DNA from: Lingula anatina
Lineage: Eukaryota > Animalia > Brachiopoda
NCBI GenBank assembly: GCA_051362555.1
Contig: CM120649.1
Span: forward strand, 19,730,567-19,794,566
Direction: 5' to 3'
Length of the DNA: 64,000 nucleotides
The notes beneath the pieces are model-generated. The model saw only the letters and a program-made list of their open reading frames with translations. It was not told the DNA's origin and ran no database searches. A program made the translations under genes and the position numbers. This document shows positions 61,026 to 64,000 of this stretch, in pieces. Each line of letters opens with the position of its first letter. The first letter of the stretch is position 1.

Positions 61026-62940
61026 TTAGTCTATATGTCATGATGCTTTGTTTCATGGCATTTTGTGCTAGATTTACATCAGCTTAATCTGATATTTGTG
61101 ATGTTTTTGTGCTGACTAAACCCTTGGTTTAAAGTAAAAAAAAAAATCAGTGGATATAAAAAAAATGAGTTCAAGTTTCATCACCCTTTGGAAATTCATG
61201 TTTTACCTTAATTGAATATGAATGTTTTAGTATGTCATGTGAGAGTGCAAATTAGATAAGCAACACAGAGTGAATCAACAGTAACAAAATTAAACAGATG
61301 GGATGTTTGCTTCATACTGGCATCTAACCATTAGAATTTTATGACAATAAACTAATGTAAGCTGACCTAGGAGAGTAAACTTGGTTGTCAAAAGTTAATT
61401 ATCGTTGAGATGTGTGCTCTGTAGAAAGGGGTTAAATATTTAATGCATTAATTTTAAACAGCCAGGTGACTGATGTGCTGAAGTGATCTATTGCACAGCA
61501 TGAGTTTAGAAAGATCTACAGTCTCTTGTCAACTTTCCTGAGTGGCTAACCCCCAGTGAACAGAGCTCATGAGGATCTGTGTTAAATATCCCTGTTTTAT
61601 TGAGAAAGGGGCTATTTTATTGATTTCCTGCATTCATAAACTTAAGGATAATGTTAAGGAGGAACCCTGGTAGGAGCAAGTTTTCTTTTTAAGAACTGAA
61701 AGTCTTCCTTATTTCATCTTGATTTAATGAGCCAGTTTTTATTTTTTTAGAGTGAGATGGCAGCCTTTGTGGTTCACAGATTTAATGCCTGTGCACTGTG
61801 CTTGAACTACACTTTTTTTACAGGCAAGTGGAAGTGCAAAAGTGTCCTTTACTTTCACCTGGTTTCAGCTCATTTGACAAGATCAATTTTAAATTGTGTA
61901 TTTAAGAGACATTTATGAGTTAAGGACCTGAAAGAGTTGTGGGCATGAAGTGTCTAAAATCTGTTCACAACATCAGGAAAACCCTATATTCATTTTTTTT
62001 TTCATCGAATCCTATGTATGGCTTCTTCATCAAGTGCTGTGAAGAAATGATTTCTCACTGTAAGTAGCTGCAGGACATTGTGGCATTTCCCTGAATTATG
62101 TATTACCTTTGCGTGTAGCAGGAGAATCTTAGGTGATTTAGTGGAAATTTTTCAATTTGGCAGCCTAATGCCAGACTGCTGTGACATTATCAAGGACATT
62201 GGCTGAAGTAATTTATTATAATTAGCAACTTTTCAATTTCCATGCCTTGTTAGACTTTCCTGTCACATTTGTGGCCATTTTGCTGTAAAGAGTGTTAACT
62301 AACTTATCTCTATTTAATTTGCTGTCCTGATAGAAGAGGGTTTTGTGTACTTTGTCAATTGGCTAATTGATTCATTAGCAACAATTCAGTTTTGCTGGCT
62401 GTAGCTGGTAATCACAGACATGTTCTTCACGGTCAGGGTTATTCATCTTAATAACAATAATAATAAAAAGCAAAGTCAGGCTGGTTAGCAGGGGTCTTAG
62501 CTGCAATTGGAGAAAAAAACTCTTTTGGCCTGAAAAGGTCCACTGAATTTAAATCAAAATTTGATGAGGGTTCTTTGCCTTTTCTGAAATTGGGGGTGAA
62601 AAGATCTTCTCTTTCAGAAAAAGATTGCCCCCCCCCCCTTTTTTTTTTTGTTAATTGCTGTCTGCATGCGCAATTCAACTAGGAAGATAATTTAACAAAG
62701 AGAATTGCTGAAGTGGCTGTACATTTTTTTTGTTTGTTTCATTTAAATATCCATAATGTCATAATGTAAATGATGACCATGGACAGCTAACTGTTACCAT
62801 GGGCAGCTAACTATTACCAGTATCCAGTGATATATCAACAGCTTGCCTTTTTCAGTTTAATCCACATGTTGCGCTTGTTGAATTGTATTGATTCTCCTGT
62901 GGTCTCCAGTGACCTCTGGCAGTCATTATGTTGAGTTGAG

Positions 62941-62942
<2 letters not shown>

Positions 62943-63027
<85 letters not shown>
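62943..63027. repeat. (TA)n microsatellite
   Basis: Seen directly. Other microsatellites: (CA)/(GA) 12226-12322, (TA) 39233-39265, (TTA) ~48185-48222, (TC) 60977-61022, (ACTGT) 63953-63981. Confidence 0.95.
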
Positions 63028-63028
<1 letters not shown>

Positions 63029-63201
63029 CAGGCCCGTAGCCAGCAATCTGAAAAGGAGGTCCTTTTTCTGAAAAGTGGATCTTTTACCATGAAACCTTCA
63101 TGTACTGTACCTATATACAATTTTACCCAGAGGGGACCTTTTCCCAGCAAAAAAAAGGGGGTTCATTTGAACCTCCTGAATCCCATCTGGCTACCGACCT
63201 G
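63029..63201. mobile_element. CAGG-type MITE, copy 4
   Basis: TIR CAGGCCCGTAGCCAG and 5-bp TSD TATAG. Confidence 0.7.
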
Positions 63202-64000
63202 TATAGTGAAGAAATTTCAATTCATTCTTCTAAGTAAATTTTGAAATACATTGAGATTGAAAAAAAAGGGGGAAAACAGAACATGAGGTTAGAGATTTTA
63301 TCCCCGCACTTTAGGGACAATTAAGAGTCAAGGATCATGTTATCCCACCCGTCTGTACATCTGTGTGTTAGTAATTTCCCCTATCTCCTCATAGTCCATT
63401 ACAGATAGGACACTGAAACTTTTGGAATTGGTAGACCCATCATCAGGGACGTGCATGGGCAATTTGGAATTTTAGTGCCACAGGGGATTGGGCTGTCCCC
63501 GGGGGGGGGGTTGATTCTAAATTCTTTTCACATAGTAATTTATGCTATCTCCTCCTAGACCATTCAAGTTAGGAAACTGAAACTTTGGGAATTGGTAGAT
63601 CAAAATTTTGGGTACTCTACTATAGTTCCTGTTCCGTGCAGTGAAAGCACCGCATATGCTATAACAATATAATTTCGTGATTACAGAATTGTGTACAGGT
63701 CTAAAAGTTTGGTAATTTTTCACCACTGAGAAGATCTAGTCAATACAGTATTCTCGGGTTTGTGGAAACAAATCAGATGGTCCAGCATTATGTGGTTAGA
63801 ACTTGGAGGAATATAGAATGGTTAATTCACCCAAGGTTAAACCTGTGCTAGACAGTTTTGATATCATCTGTTAAGTCAACCGTAAGATTTAAAGAGCAAG
63901 CAGAAGCTAACGTGACACAGCTTTCCTGCTGGAGTATTGATCCCTCCCTGCCTGTACTGTACTGTACTGTACTGTACTGTACCACACATTACACTGCAGC

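Overview
AT-rich, intron-containing animal genomic DNA. Gene content and repeat types point to a marine invertebrate, probably a lophotrochozoan, but the species cannot be determined from this window. All exon structures were assembled by hand from splice sites and reading-frame phase. The first 22 kb is an innate-immunity-like cluster of three genes: (1) the 3' part of a chimeric mytilectin-type beta-trefoil/aerolysin-like pore-forming protein; (2) a MITE-disrupted Thr-rich mucin-stalk transmembrane gene fragment; (3) an ankyrin-repeat / death-like / TIR / coiled-coil gene. In gene 3 each ankyrin repeat is a separate 99-nt phase-0 exon in a tandemly duplicated, mosaic array, with variation concentrated at ligand-binding positions. 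It lies behind a multiplied promoter carrying kappaB, CRE and IRF-like sites, and is the best candidate for an undescribed system. Downstream genes are an aldo-keto reductase (-), a FASTK/RAP-like mitochondrial protein (+), an HSL-family carboxylesterase (-), a 23-finger C2H2 gene (+), CLNS1A/pICln (-) and, head-to-head with it, the first coding exon of TMEM164 (+). Intergenic and intronic space holds two decayed Tc1 elements, piggyBac-like, Harbinger-like and hAT-like non-autonomous elements, Helentron/HINE-like satellite-bearing elements, a probable solo LTR and several minisatellites.
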